Below the pieces are notes generated by a model. It saw nothing but the letters and a program-made list of their open reading frames with translations. It searched no databases and was not told where the DNA came from. Positions 47,200-56,683 of a DNA stretch of 64,000 bases are shown one piece after another; the first letter of the stretch is position 1; every line of letters begins with the position of its first letter. The position numbers and the translations under genes were made by a program. Source of the DNA: an uncultured Thermoleophilia bacterium (GTDB taxonomy: Bacteria > Actinomycetota > Thermoleophilia > UBA2241); contig CAVVTV010000025.1 of the NCBI GenBank assembly GCA_963751215.1, positions 130,665 through 194,664 on the forward strand, written 5' to 3'.

Positions 47200-48114
47200 A
47201 TGAGCAAGCATGAGCCGCTCCTCGCCAGCCGTCGGGCGATCATCACGGGCGCCAGTCGTGGGATCGGCGCGGAGATCGCGCGCGAGATGGCTCGTGAGGG
47301 GGCCGCCGTCGCGCTCGCGGCGCGCGACCCCGGCGCGCTTGCCTCGGTAGCGGCGCAGATCGAGCGAGAGGGCGGGCGAGCGCTGGTCGTCCCCACCGAC
47401 GTGTCCGACCCGCACGCGGTCGAGCGCCTCGTGGCCATGGCGGTAGAAGAGTTCGGCGGGCTGGACGTCGCCGTCAACAACGCGGCCGGCGGCGGCCATC
47501 CGCCTACTCCGCTGACCGATGTGACTGTGGAGCAGTACCGAAGCGCACTCGCGATCAGCCTCGAGGGGATCTTCTACTCACTCAAGTACGAGATCCCGGC
47601 GATGCTCGCTTCCGGCGGCGGAACGATCGTTAACGTGTCTTCGACGGCGGGCCTCGAGGCTGCCGGCGGTCTCGCCGGCTATGTTTCGGCCAAGCATGGG
47701 CTCATTGGGCTCACCAAGGTCGCCGCTCTCGACTACGCGGCGAAGGGCATAAGGGTCAACGCCATCGCGCCCAGCTCCATCTTGACCGAGCGGCTGCAGG
47801 CCGCCGAGGAGATGCAGCGTCTGGCCGCGCGTGCCATGCCGCTGCAGCGGATAGGCCGGCCCAGCGATGTCGCGGCGGCTGCCATCTGGCTCTGCTCCGA
47901 GCAGGCGTCGTTCGTCACGGGCACGACGCTGCTGCTCGACGGCGGCAAGCTCGCGGCACGCCGCCCTACATGGTCAAGTCTGCCTGAGGAGCCGCGGCGG
48001 CACTGCGCGTGGCCGCGCCTCGCGCCGCCGCGCAAGGCTCACGCACGGCCCACACTGAGCAGCCGAACCTTACGCGAAGGGTCGCGGTTGTACAGCCGCA
48101 TCGCCCAGCCGTAG
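47200..48114 (+). CDS. Short-chain dehydrogenase/reductase (SDR)
   Basis: ATG at 47200 with AAGGAAGGA upstream. TGASRGIG is the cofactor-binding motif, and NNAA plus YVSAKHG give the catalytic Tyr/Lys. The C-terminal ~50-aa tail overlaps the convergent gene, so the true stop may lie earlier if a frameshift is present. Confidence 0.85.
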   Translation: MSKHEPLLASRRAIITGASRGIGAEIAREMAREGAAVALAARDPGALASVAAQIEREGGRALVVPTDVSDPHAVERLVAMAVEEFGGLDVAVNNAAGGGHPPTPLTDVTVEQYRSALAISLEGIFYSLKYEIPAMLASGGGTIVNVSSTAGLEAAGGLAGYVSAKHGLIGLTKVAALDYAAKGIRVNAIAPSSILTERLQAAEEMQRLAARAMPLQRIGRPSDVAAAAIWLCSEQASFVTGTTLLLDGGKLAARRPTWSSLPEEPRRHCAWPRLAPPRKAHARPTLSSRTLREGSRLYSRIAQP

Positions 48115-48860
48115 CCGGCGAAGCCGATGATGGCGCACCAGGCGACGGCCAGCACGGCGTGGTCGCCGATGGCGGTACCCATGAGCAGCCCCCGGAGCGT
48201 CTCGATGACGGGCGTAAACGGCTGATAGTCGGCGAACCAGCGCAGCCAGACCGGCATCGACGCGGTGGGGACGAAGCCACTGCCGAGGAAGGGCAGCAGC
48301 ATCAGCGGCATGGGGAGGTTGCTCGCGCTCTCGACGCTCTTGGCGAACAGGCCGAGAGCGGCCGATAGCCACGTGATCGCGAGGGTGACCATCGCGAGCA
48401 CGCCGATCGCCGCGATCCACTCGAGCGGGCCGGCGTCGGGCCGGAACCCAACGGCCAGGGCGACGCCGATCACGACCGCCAGACCGAGCATCGTCTGGAT
48501 CGTGGCGCCGAGCACATGGCCGGTGAGCACCGCGCCGCGAGAGATCCCCATGGTGCGAAACCGGGCGATGATGCCTTCGGCCATGTCCATGGAGACGGAG
48601 ATGGCCGTGCCCTGGGCCACGCCAGCCACCCCCGTTAGGATGATCCCGGGGGTGACGTAGTTGACGTACGCGGTGCGGCCGCCCGAGACGGCGCGCAGCC
48701 CGGCGCCCAGCGTGCCGCCGAAGACGTAAACGAACAGCAGCAGGAGGATCACCGGGAGGCCGACGACCAGAAGCGTCACCGACGGGTAGCGCACCATGTG
48801 CTTGAAGTTGCGCCGCAGCATCGTGACCGAGTCCGTCAGCGCGAAAGCATGTGTGCTCAT
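48039..48860 (-). CDS. ABC-2 type transporter permease
   Basis: ATG at 48860 overlaps the ATPase stop (ATGA). Six TM helices, with the ABC-2 family signature near the C-terminus. Confidence 0.8.
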   Translation of the reverse strand: MSTHAFALTDSVTMLRRNFKHMVRYPSVTLLVVGLPVILLLLFVYVFGGTLGAGLRAVSGGRTAYVNYVTPGIILTGVAGVAQGTAISVSMDMAEGIIARFRTMGISRGAVLTGHVLGATIQTMLGLAVVIGVALAVGFRPDAGPLEWIAAIGVLAMVTLAITWLSAALGLFAKSVESASNLPMPLMLLPFLGSGFVPTASMPVWLRWFADYQPFTPVIETLRGLLMGTAIGDHAVLAVAWCAIIGFAGYGWAMRLYNRDPSRKVRLLSVGRA

Positions 48861-49831
48861 GGCAGCGATTCCTCTTCGTGGTCGGAATGGCCGGTGAGGG
48901 CCAGAAAGACGTCGTCGAGATCTGGCGTATGGGTAGAGACCCGTTCGACCTGGATCGAGGCACCATCGAGCCGGTCGAGCATGGCTCGCAGCGAGCGGCC
49001 GTCCCCCTCGCTCGCGACCTGCAAGGTGAGGGCGTCGTCGTCCGCACTGGACCCAGAAAGGGCACGGGCCGCCGCCCGGAGCGCCTTTGTGTCGGCGAAC
49101 TGCAGGCGCACATGCCCGCCGGGGATGAGGCGCTTGAGCTCGTCGGGCGTGCCTTCGGCGATCAGCCTGCCGCGGTCGAGCAGGGCCACCCTGTCGGCAA
49201 GTTGGTCGGCCTCCTCCAGGTAGTGCGTCGTGAGGAAGACCGTGGCTCCGGCGGCAACCAGCTCGCGGACGATCCGCCAGACTGTGCGGCGGCTGCGCGG
49301 GTCGAGCCCGGCGGTGGGCTCGTCGAGAAAGATGATCTGGGGGTCGCCCATGAGGGTCATCGCCAGGTCGAGCCGGCGGCGCAGGCCACCCGAGTAGGTG
49401 GTGGCGGGCTTGCGGCTCTCCTCGACCAGGTCGAGCCGTTCGAGGAGATGGGCGGCTCGCCGCCGGCCCTGCGCGCGCCCCAGATGGTTCAGGTCGGCCA
49501 TGAGCCTGAGGTTCTCCTCGCCAGTGAGGAGGTTGTCGACCGCGACGGACTGGCCGGTGACGCCGATCACGCGACGCACCGCATGCGGCTCGCGTGCGGG
49601 GTCGTGGCCGGCCACCAGAACCTGGCCGGCGTCGGCGTGGATCAGGGTGGTCAGGATCCGCACGGTTGTGGTCTTGCCGGCTCCGTTGGGGCCGAGCAAG
49701 GCGAACACCGAGCCTGCGGCAACCTCCAGGTCGAGGCCGTCCAGCGCTACGGTATCGCCGAACGACTTGCGCAGCCCGGTGGCCTTCAGCGCCGGAGCCT
49801 TTGGCGCTGCGAGCGACCCGGCGGCGCTCAT
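48857..49831 (-). CDS. ABC transporter ATP-binding protein (DrrA-like)
   Basis: Walker A is GPNGAGKTT, the ABC signature is YSGGLRRRLDLA, and Walker B is IIFLDEPTAGLD. Confidence 0.9.
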   Translation of the reverse strand: MSAAGSLAAPKAPALKATGLRKSFGDTVALDGLDLEVAAGSVFALLGPNGAGKTTTVRILTTLIHADAGQVLVAGHDPAREPHAVRRVIGVTGQSVAVDNLLTGEENLRLMADLNHLGRAQGRRRAAHLLERLDLVEESRKPATTYSGGLRRRLDLAMTLMGDPQIIFLDEPTAGLDPRSRRTVWRIVRELVAAGATVFLTTHYLEEADQLADRVALLDRGRLIAEGTPDELKRLIPGGHVRLQFADTKALRAAARALSGSSADDDALTLQVASEGDGRSLRAMLDRLDGASIQVERVSTHTPDLDDVFLALTGHSDHEEESLP

Positions 49832-50703
49832 GGCTCATCCTTGAGAGTAGGGGTCGCGAACGAGCGGTAGACCGTGATGTTGCCCATGGAGGTGTGGGCG
49901 CGGACCTCGACCACGGCCTCACCCGACCCAGGATGCTGAGCGGCGTCCAGGTCGTTCTGCACGGTGCCGAACTTCGTCTCCAGATCCAGCCAGGCGGCAA
50001 CGCCGTCCCGCACACCTACCTCGACCTTGCCGCAGGCACTTTGGGCGACGACAGAACCGCGCGCGACCTCGCCGAGGCGGACTTCGCCGTTGGCGCTCTT
50101 GGCGACAACCCCCGCTTGCGCGCGGTCGATCTGGATCGCGCCGTTGGCAGCATTTACGCGAGCCTCGCCCGTGACCTCGCCGATCCACGTGTCGCCGTTG
50201 GAGTTCTTGATCACCGCCGACCCGTCGACCCTGCCGATGCGAATCGCGCCGGCCGTCTTGATCTGGGTGCTGCCAGCGGCCACATCGACGGTGACGTCGC
50301 CCATGCCGGCCTTCAGCTCCAGTGGGCCCGACTCCTCGAGCTGGATGTCGCCCAAACCCGTTCGGTACCTGCACTCGCCGAGGCGACCCTTAGAACGCAG
50401 GGCGCCGGCCCCGGCCGTACCGTGCACCTGCGAGCCCGCCGGCAACTCGATGCGCACATCGATCGACTCACGGCCACCCCAGGGGGCCCACTGTCGCCAC
50501 AGCTTGGGCGCCTTGATGAGCAACGTGCCGCTCGCGTACTCCACGAGGGTCTGCTCGGCAAAGGCTACGTCGAACTTCTTCAAGGGATCGCCAGGCCGCA
50601 CCTCGACGACCGTGTCGGCGCGATCACCGGCCACGATGCGGACGTCGCCGACGCTAAGCTCCAGGCTGACGGAGATGGGTTGGGGGGTATCGAAGGCAGG
50701 CAT
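49828..50703 (-). CDS. DUF4097 family beta-helix protein (YvlB/LiaG-like putative adhesin)
   Basis: Repetitive G-D-V/I-x-V beta-strand units (GDVRIVAGD, GDVTVDVAAGS, GAIRIGRVDGS, GEVRLGEV...). ATG at 50703. Confidence 0.7.
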   Translation of the reverse strand: MPAFDTPQPISVSLELSVGDVRIVAGDRADTVVEVRPGDPLKKFDVAFAEQTLVEYASGTLLIKAPKLWRQWAPWGGRESIDVRIELPAGSQVHGTAGAGALRSKGRLGECRYRTGLGDIQLEESGPLELKAGMGDVTVDVAAGSTQIKTAGAIRIGRVDGSAVIKNSNGDTWIGEVTGEARVNAANGAIQIDRAQAGVVAKSANGEVRLGEVARGSVVAQSACGKVEVGVRDGVAAWLDLETKFGTVQNDLDAAQHPGSGEAVVEVRAHTSMGNITVYRSFATPTLKDEP

Positions 50704-50711
50704 CAGGTTCG

Positions 50712-51254
50712 TCAGCGCGCCCAGCCGGTGTAGCGCTGCGTGCCATAAGACGTGGGTGGCTCCCGCCGGCGCGCTGGGTCGGTTAGATCCAGCCGGGCGG
50801 CGGCCGCGCGCACGAGCCAGGAGTTGACCGAGAGCCCCTCGCCGGCAGCCGCCTGCTCGACCCGGGACTTCAAACGATCGGGCAGCCGCAAGTTGATCCG
50901 CGAGACGGCGGCCTCTTCGCCTTCGACCACCCCTAGCCCCGCCCCGGCTGCACGCCAGCCGCTTGCCAGGACGTCGGTGCCCTCGCCGCTTCCCTGCGCG
51001 GGCGGCTCGGCCGGTGGGAGGCTCACCACAAACTCGGGCTCGCGCCCGCGCAGGCGCAGTTCGACCGAGCCCGGCGCGAGCTCCAGCGTGATCTCTTCTG
51101 CCGCCGCGGCCAGTGCGTCCTGCACGGTAAGCCGGACCGCCGCCTCCAGCGGCGCGACGAGGCGCTCGGCCAAGGCCCGAACATCGTCCCCGCCGGCTTC
51201 GGCGCTGAGCTCCAGCTGACGGCGAAGGCTCTCGATGTACGGCTCCAGATTCAT
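50712..51254 (-). CDS. Hypothetical protein with a C-terminal Arc/CopG-like ribbon-helix-helix motif
   Basis: SRINLRLPDRLKSRVEQAAAGEGLSVNSWLVRAAAARL is RHH-like. It is the first gene of the DUF4097-DrrAB operon. Confidence 0.5.
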   Translation of the reverse strand: MNLEPYIESLRRQLELSAEAGGDDVRALAERLVAPLEAAVRLTVQDALAAAAEEITLELAPGSVELRLRGREPEFVVSLPPAEPPAQGSGEGTDVLASGWRAAGAGLGVVEGEEAAVSRINLRLPDRLKSRVEQAAAGEGLSVNSWLVRAAAARLDLTDPARRREPPTSYGTQRYTGWAR

Positions 51255-51368
51255 GGTGCCATGATGGCATCATGAATGGTGCCATGTCAATGCCACATGA
51301 GCACCAGGGAGCGTGCGCCCAGAGAGCGTGCGCTCCTATGCGGCCCTACCGGCCGAGAGCGTGCGCTC

Positions 51369-52248
51369 CTACGCGGCCCTACCGGCCGATTCGCTCTGGC
51401 TTCTGCTCTGCGGGACGAACTGGCTGGCGATGAACGTCGCCCCCTGCGGGTCGGCGATCACGGTCATCCTGACCCAAGGGGCGTCGAACGGCGGGGCGAG
51501 CACCTTGCCACCCAGCGCGGCTGCTCGCGTGGCGATGGCATCCGCGTCATCGGTTGCGAACGTCACGCTCCAGTGGGCCGGGACATCCTGCTGGTCGGCG
51601 CGGATGGGGTTGATGTTCGCGACGACGTCCTCGAAGCCCGGAGCGGTGCCATACTCTGCTATGCGCTTTCGCAGCCCGGGCTCGCGCTCCTCGAGGTGAT
51701 CGCCGTAGCCGGGCAGCGTCCATAGCTCGCCGCCATCGATCGTCAGAGTCTGCCAGCCGAATACGGACCCATAGAACTTCTTCGCGGCGCCCGCATCGCG
51801 CGTGTTCAGGCTGTTGAAGTTCAACGACCCTGCCTCGTTGACGACCCGCGCGCCCTTGTGCTGCTTGGCCTGCCAGGCGAAGAAGACGGCACCTTCGGGG
51901 TCCGAGAAGACCGCCATGCGGCCGGCGTCTGTCATGTCGAACGGCTCCGTCAGCGTCCGGCCGCCGGCCTCCAGGACCCTGGAGGCGGTCTCGTCAGCGC
52001 TCTCCACCCACACAAATGTGTTCCACACGCCGATCGCTGGGGCTCCCTCGGGCAGTGACCCGACGGCGGCGACGTCGCGGCCGCGAATCCGCGCGACGAA
52101 GTACCTGCTCTCAGAGCCCGGCGGCATGACGTCCTCAAACTCCCAGCCAAACAGATCGTGGTAGAAGGCAACGGCAGCCTCCGGGTCGGGCTGGTTTGTG
52201 TCGACCCAGCATGGGACGCCGGGGATGTATCCGTCTCGTTCGGGCATT
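51369..52248 (-). CDS. VOC family protein (two glyoxalase/bleomycin-resistance-like modules)
   Basis: An ATG near 52248 is preceded by AAGGAG. Duplicated beta-alpha-beta-beta-beta modules (FYHDLFGWEFE..., FYGSVFGWQTLTI...). The exact start coordinate is uncertain by 1 nt in my count. Confidence 0.75.
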
Positions 52249-52428
52249 GTTGCTCCTTCGTGGACGACGTCAAGCCATACCGTCACCGCGCGGAGCGGCG
52301 GCGGCATTAGCCTTCTTTTCCCGCCGTGAGGGCCGGCGGGACAGCCGCAGCGTTGAGCAATGTCGCCCGACACTTGGGTCGCTCGTTCCCGTGACCTCAG
52401 GCGAGAAGGCTCGGGAAGAAGCCCAGCC

Positions 52429-52890
52429 CTACGAGACCAGTCGTGAATCGTAGGTAAACGGAGCCACGGATGCGACCGTGATGCGGGGCAGGTCGGGGTG
52501 CAGAGGGTTCAGGAGGTAGTTGGCTTCTCGGGGAATCACCGAAGACGGCACCTGGAGGACGGGGGTAGACCGATCGGCCAGCCACTCGTCGCCGAGTTTC
52601 TGAAGCTCTGGCGGCGCGGGATATAGCCGCCAATCCTCGGGAAGTGAGCCGACGCCAATCGCCCGAACGGCCACGTCGTCCGGTATGTCAATCTCGACCT
52701 GGGCCATGCCCGCCGGAGCTATGTCCCTATCTACATGTACGAGGATCTCGAGCGCAGCCAAGGCCAGCGAAGCCGATGTGTAGACGATCGGCTGTCCTGC
52801 GCTGTGCCATCGCCCCGGGGTAAGAAGCCCGCCCCGCCCTGTGAGCGTCTCGGCAGCGTGGCGCCCAGCGCAGATGCGCCAGACGCGCAC
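52429..52890 (-). CDS. RES domain toxin (MbcT/ParT-like NAD+-targeting toxin family)
   Basis: 153 aa with GRWHSAGQPIVYTSASLALAALEILVH and conserved R..E..S spacing. It lies immediately downstream of the Xre-like antitoxin gene. Confidence 0.8.
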   Translation of the reverse strand: MRVWRICAGRHAAETLTGRGGLLTPGRWHSAGQPIVYTSASLALAALEILVHVDRDIAPAGMAQVEIDIPDDVAVRAIGVGSLPEDWRLYPAPPELQKLGDEWLADRSTPVLQVPSSVIPREANYLLNPLHPDLPRITVASVAPFTYDSRLVS

Positions 52891-53342
52891 TAGCCGTAGA
52901 TGCCGTAGTCGATGCGTTCGAGTACGTGCTCGATGCGACGCTCACCGATCTCGGTATCGAGTTGACCAATGGGGGTGTCGCCCCCCAGAGCCTGGTTCGG
53001 CCGATGCAGCCATAAGCGGGCTTTCTCGAGTGAACCCAACGTATCGGTCGCCTGGAGGGTCACACGAGCAACGCGGTAGAGCCGATCTGACTCAGTGGGG
53101 GAAAGGACACGCTTGATCTTTCTCCGCGCCATCGTGCGAGGAGAGGCGCCGACCAGCCAGACAAGCGTCGGGGTGTCCAGCTGAAGAGCACCCAGAACAG
53201 CCTCGAAGGCGGCATACGGAAACCCCCGGCGGAGAGCCTCCCGCAGGTCCTCCGCGTTCTTGATGCGAGGGGTGAAGGCCTTAGGCCCGCCCAGCAACGA
53301 CACCACTCTCCTGGTGTCTTCTTCCTGATAGACAGTTGCCAT
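52890..53342 (-). CDS. Xre-like antitoxin (DUF2384/MbcA-ParS family) of the RES-Xre pair
   Basis: 150 aa. The C-terminal ...WLHRPNQALGGDTPIGQLDTEIGERRIEHVLERIDYGIYG is typical of DUF2384. The gene order antitoxin then toxin is canonical. Confidence 0.75.
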   Translation of the reverse strand: MATVYQEEDTRRVVSLLGGPKAFTPRIKNAEDLREALRRGFPYAAFEAVLGALQLDTPTLVWLVGASPRTMARRKIKRVLSPTESDRLYRVARVTLQATDTLGSLEKARLWLHRPNQALGGDTPIGQLDTEIGERRIEHVLERIDYGIYG

Positions 53343-53563
53343 TTGTCGAGAATCATACCGCCAAATGGCAGCATATCAAACAGGTCTCGACGCTGGGAAT
53401 GGCACTCACTCTGATACCCGAAGACCTCGAGCCAGAACGACGAGGGCGAAGCCCATTGCCGCCGCCCGCCTGCGGGCTAGGCGTGTTCGCCATCGAGATC
53501 ACAAGACAGACATGGCCGACGGGCGAGGGCTACAGCCCTCGGCACGCCAGCGCGTTGCCGCTT

Positions 53564-53581
53564 TTATCAGCATGCTGATAA
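53564..53581. promoter_or_regulatory. Perfect 18-bp palindrome TTATCAGCATGCTGATAA 10 nt upstream of the MarR start: putative MarR operator
   Basis: Seen directly in the sequence, in a lower-GC intergenic region. Confidence 0.5.
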
Positions 53582-53590
53582 ACTAGCTTC

Positions 53591-54034
53591 ATGGCAACTT
53601 CTCACTACCACGTCGGCAATCAACTGCACCGTGCCGAACATGCGATGGGCATGAGCTTCAGCGAAGCGCTGCGGCCACTCGGCATCACGCCATCACAGGC
53701 CGGCGTGCTGCTGCACATCGATCGCTACCCGGACGTGAACATGGCGAGGCTGGCCGATGTTGCTTCTGTCGCACCGCAAACGATGCACCGCATCGTCGTC
53801 GGGCTGGAGCGCCGCGAACTGGTGCACCGCAACCAAAGGACCGGGGACAGGAAGTCCATCTATCTCTCCCTCACCCCCGCGGGCGCAGATGTGCTCAGCC
53901 AGGCAGAAGCCATCCTCAGGGCCGAGCAGGAGGTTCTGAGGCAGGCATTCAACCCGCAAGAGCTGGATGCGTTCTTTGACTTCCTGCAACGATTTGAGGC
54001 CGCGTTTCAAAGACCAGAGAGGCGGCATCCCTGA
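53591..54034 (+). CDS. MarR family transcriptional regulator
   Basis: LGITPSQAGVLLHIDRYPDVNMARLADVASVAPQTMHRIVVGLERRELVHRNQRTGDRKSIYLSLTPAG is a winged-HTH MarR signature. Confidence 0.85.
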   Translation: MATSHYHVGNQLHRAEHAMGMSFSEALRPLGITPSQAGVLLHIDRYPDVNMARLADVASVAPQTMHRIVVGLERRELVHRNQRTGDRKSIYLSLTPAGADVLSQAEAILRAEQEVLRQAFNPQELDAFFDFLQRFEAAFQRPERRHP

Positions 54035-54035
54035 T

Positions 54036-55076
54036 ATGCAACGCAGGGGAGTCTGCTACGACGTGGGCCGCTATCTCTACGGCGATTGGCGCAAGGATTA
54101 CAACCCCCAGACGGTTCACCGTGAGCTGGAGATCATCCGAGACGACTTGCACGGCAACGCGGTCAGGATCTGCAGCAGGGATCTCGACCGTTTGGCGGTC
54201 GCCTCTGAAGACGCCCTGCGGCTAGGGCTTGAGGTCTGGTTCTCTCCAGAGCTCTGGAACAAGAACCCTGAAACAACCCTTGCCTACACGGCCAAAGCAG
54301 CCGAGATTGCTGAGAACCTCCGCCGCCACTACCCTGACAAGCTGGTGATGAGCGTCGGCAGCGAGCTGACGCTGTTCATGAAGGGCATTGTCGAGGGTGG
54401 CTCGCTTTGGTCGCGGATGCGCCATGCCTTGCGCGATGGTGACGTGAAGGCCGGCAAGCACAACAAACCACTCAACGAATACTTGTCCCAGGTGGTCGAG
54501 TCCGTGCGCCGGGTCTACCAAGGCCCCATTACCTACGCATCGCTATCCTTCGAGGAGGTCAACTGGGAGCCGTTTGACTTCATCGGCATCGATCATTACC
54601 GAGCAACGCGAATCAATTATCGCTATGCAGACATGCTGAAGCCGCTCATCGCCCAACGTAAGCCGGTGGCGATCATGGAGTTCGGCTGCTGCACCTACCA
54701 AGGTGCCGAGCACGCCGGCGGCCAGGCATTCAACATCGTAGACATCAAGACGCTAGTCATGCACGGCATCCCCTTGCTGGGCAGATTCGTGCAGCCGCGG
54801 CTGAAGGGGCAGTACGTACGCAATGAAACGCTGCAGGCCCGCGAAATCGTCGAATCGCTCAAGGCGTTCGATAGCGTCGGCGTGGATGGTGCCTTTGTCT
54901 TTACGTTCGTGTTCCCGCAAAGCCCATACCATGAGAACCCCCTGCACGACCTCGACATGGCGAGCTACAGCATCGTGAAGTCCTATGAAGACGGAAGACA
55001 TGGCGTGACCTATCCGGACATGACATGGGAGCCGAAAGAGTCATTTGCGGCGGTGGCCGAGTACTACAGCAAGTGA
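54036..55076 (+). CDS. TIM-barrel glycoside-hydrolase-like protein (GH5-superfamily-like, tentative)
   Basis: The ATG at 54036 is 1 nt after the MarR stop. The translation reads GVCYDVGRYLYGDWRKDYNPQTVHRELEIIRDDLHGNAVRI...VAIMEFGCCTYQG, cellulase-like in appearance. The family is not certain. Confidence 0.45.
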   Translation: MQRRGVCYDVGRYLYGDWRKDYNPQTVHRELEIIRDDLHGNAVRICSRDLDRLAVASEDALRLGLEVWFSPELWNKNPETTLAYTAKAAEIAENLRRHYPDKLVMSVGSELTLFMKGIVEGGSLWSRMRHALRDGDVKAGKHNKPLNEYLSQVVESVRRVYQGPITYASLSFEEVNWEPFDFIGIDHYRATRINYRYADMLKPLIAQRKPVAIMEFGCCTYQGAEHAGGQAFNIVDIKTLVMHGIPLLGRFVQPRLKGQYVRNETLQAREIVESLKAFDSVGVDGAFVFTFVFPQSPYHENPLHDLDMASYSIVKSYEDGRHGVTYPDMTWEPKESFAAVAEYYSK

Positions 55077-55180
55077 GCGTGACTACGATCTTCACCGGAA
55101 CGTTGCCCATGGAGTCTGCACTGATCACGACGTAGGGCCGCTTCTTCTGCAATTGGCACCGACGGTCTTGCCGGGCCTGA

Positions 55181-55354
55181 TTCACCACACCTCGCCACGC
55201 TTCGGCTGAGGGCGGTCGGCCATTAGTAGTCGACCAGCTACCGCGCATCCGGTTGCACGACCTGCGACATACGCATGCCACCCTGGCGCGTCGGGCCGGC
55301 TTCCATCTCAAGGTCGTCTCGGAGCGCCTCCGCCCCGCGACGTCCCCCTGCTAG
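55181..55354 (+). pseudogene. Tyrosine-recombinase (phage integrase) C-terminal remnant
   Basis: The translation ...LPRIRLHDLRHTHATLARRAGFHLKVVSERLRPATSPC* contains the integrase box II HDLRHT motif but stops before the catalytic Tyr. It has no N-terminal domain, and stops lie upstream. Confidence 0.55.
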
Positions 55355-55404
55355 CCCCGACACCCGACGCTGGTGTAGCTTCTCGGCTCAAGGAGGCCTC
55401 GCCC

Positions 55405-55950
55405 ATGGCGCGCACATGGTTGTCGATCCAAGTGGAGCTCGTGCAGGGCCACGGCGAGGCCCTCTGGCCGCGGCCGGGCCGCATCTTCGCCGCGGCGCGC
55501 TCACACACTTTCGCCCAGCTCGCCGAAGCCATCGACGACGCCTTCGCGCGCTGGGACCGCTCCCACCTCCACGAGTTCAGCCTCGGCGACGGCACGCGCC
55601 TAACGACGCCCTACGACGACTGGGACGATGGCGATGAGGCGCTCGACGATAGCAAGATAAGACTGAGCCGCCTGCAGCCTGGCGGGCAGTTCGTCTACGT
55701 CTTCGACTTCGGCGACGACTGGGCCCACCTCTCCACCGTGGCGGACATGCGCATCGATCCACTCAGGATGCTCGGCATCATCCCCGCGCAACCCCTGCCC
55801 TACTGGGGCTGGGGCGACATCCCCGACCAGTACCAGCGCCACTTTGACGGCGACGACGGCGAGACGGAGCGGCCGCCAGACCCCGGGCTCTGCGACCTGC
55901 CGCCGCTACGACCGTGGTGGGGGTCGCAGAACCGCCGACGGGGACGATGA
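55405..55950 (+). CDS. Plasmid pRiA4b ORF-3-like family protein
   Basis: WLSIQVELVQGHGEALWPRPGRIF...YVFDFGDDWAH resembles PF07929-family proteins, which are often found on mobile elements. Confidence 0.6.
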   Translation: MARTWLSIQVELVQGHGEALWPRPGRIFAAARSHTFAQLAEAIDDAFARWDRSHLHEFSLGDGTRLTTPYDDWDDGDEALDDSKIRLSRLQPGGQFVYVFDFGDDWAHLSTVADMRIDPLRMLGIIPAQPLPYWGWGDIPDQYQRHFDGDDGETERPPDPGLCDLPPLRPWWGSQNRRRGR

Positions 55951-56154
55951 GATCGCCCTGATTCGGCGGCCGCCGAGGCGTTCACCCGGGACGGAGGAAC
56001 CGAGTCGCGCAGTTGTCTCACTGGCTGCATTCCTCGGCGAGCGCCGTCTGGTCGGTAATCTCCTCATCTCCAGCGCACGCGACTGCGGGCTGCCGCTGCG
56101 GCGCGCGGATGACCGCGACCGCGACGAAGATGGCGCCGGCCAGAAATTACCCGT

Positions 56155-56442
56155 TTGCAGGCGTCACGAACTGGAGAGTTCTCGAACAACCGCCAGTACA
56201 GTCTCTCCCATACCAGACTAGCGGAGAAGGTCGGGCTAACGGCACCAAAGGCGACAGCCCTGATACGTTGCCTGGGAATTGAGGACAACCCTGACTGCTA
56301 CAAGCGAATCATGATCGGAAAGTCGGCGTTCAAGCGCTACTCGCCAAAAGCGATCGACGACATGAAGGCTGCGCTCCAAGAGATGTCCATCGACGAGGTC
56401 TGGAGGAAGCACAAGCCTCGCCCCCACACGCCGAGCCCCTAG
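56155..56442 (+). CDS. Small hypothetical protein, possibly HTH-containing, in a lower-GC region
   Basis: SLSHTRLAEKVGLTAPKATALIRCLGI is helix-turn-helix-like. GC is about 55% against about 70% elsewhere. The start is uncertain. Confidence 0.3.
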   Translation: MQASRTGEFSNNRQYSLSHTRLAEKVGLTAPKATALIRCLGIEDNPDCYKRIMIGKSAFKRYSPKAIDDMKAALQEMSIDEVWRKHKPRPHTPSP

Positions 56443-56607
56443 GGGGTGCGGAGCCTGTGCCGAGTGCCGGCGGGCATCTCTGAGAACCGCCGCATGCCGC
56501 CACCTGACACCACGTGCGTTTGCCGAGCGTTTGCCGAGAACCCTTTCGGGGCCAAAGCGAGACGCGCGGAGAGTGCGGAAACACCTGCAAATGAGCGTAA
56601 ACGAGGC

Positions 56608-56683
56608 TGGTGGACCGCAGGGGATTCGAACCCCTGACCTCCGCCGTGCAAAGGCGGCGCTCTCCCAACTGAGCTAGCGGCCC
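56608..56683 (-). tRNA. tRNA-Ala (anticodon TGC), with encoded CCA
   Basis: The reverse complement GGGCCGCTAGCTCAGTTGGGAGAGCGCCGCCTTTGCACGGCGGAGGTCAGGGGTTCGAATCCCCTGCGGTCCACCA folds as a cloverleaf. It has the G3:U70 identity pair, anticodon loop CTTTGCACG, and a T-loop GGTTCGAATCC. Confidence 0.9.

Noticed and set aside
55405-55950. An antiphage or defence function for the pRiA4b-ORF3-like/HTH/AAA-DUF4143 genes near the tRNA
   Set aside because: These families are mobile-element associated, but I see no recognisable defence-system signature (no nuclease, methyltransferase or Sir2/TIR-like domains). I treat them as island cargo only.
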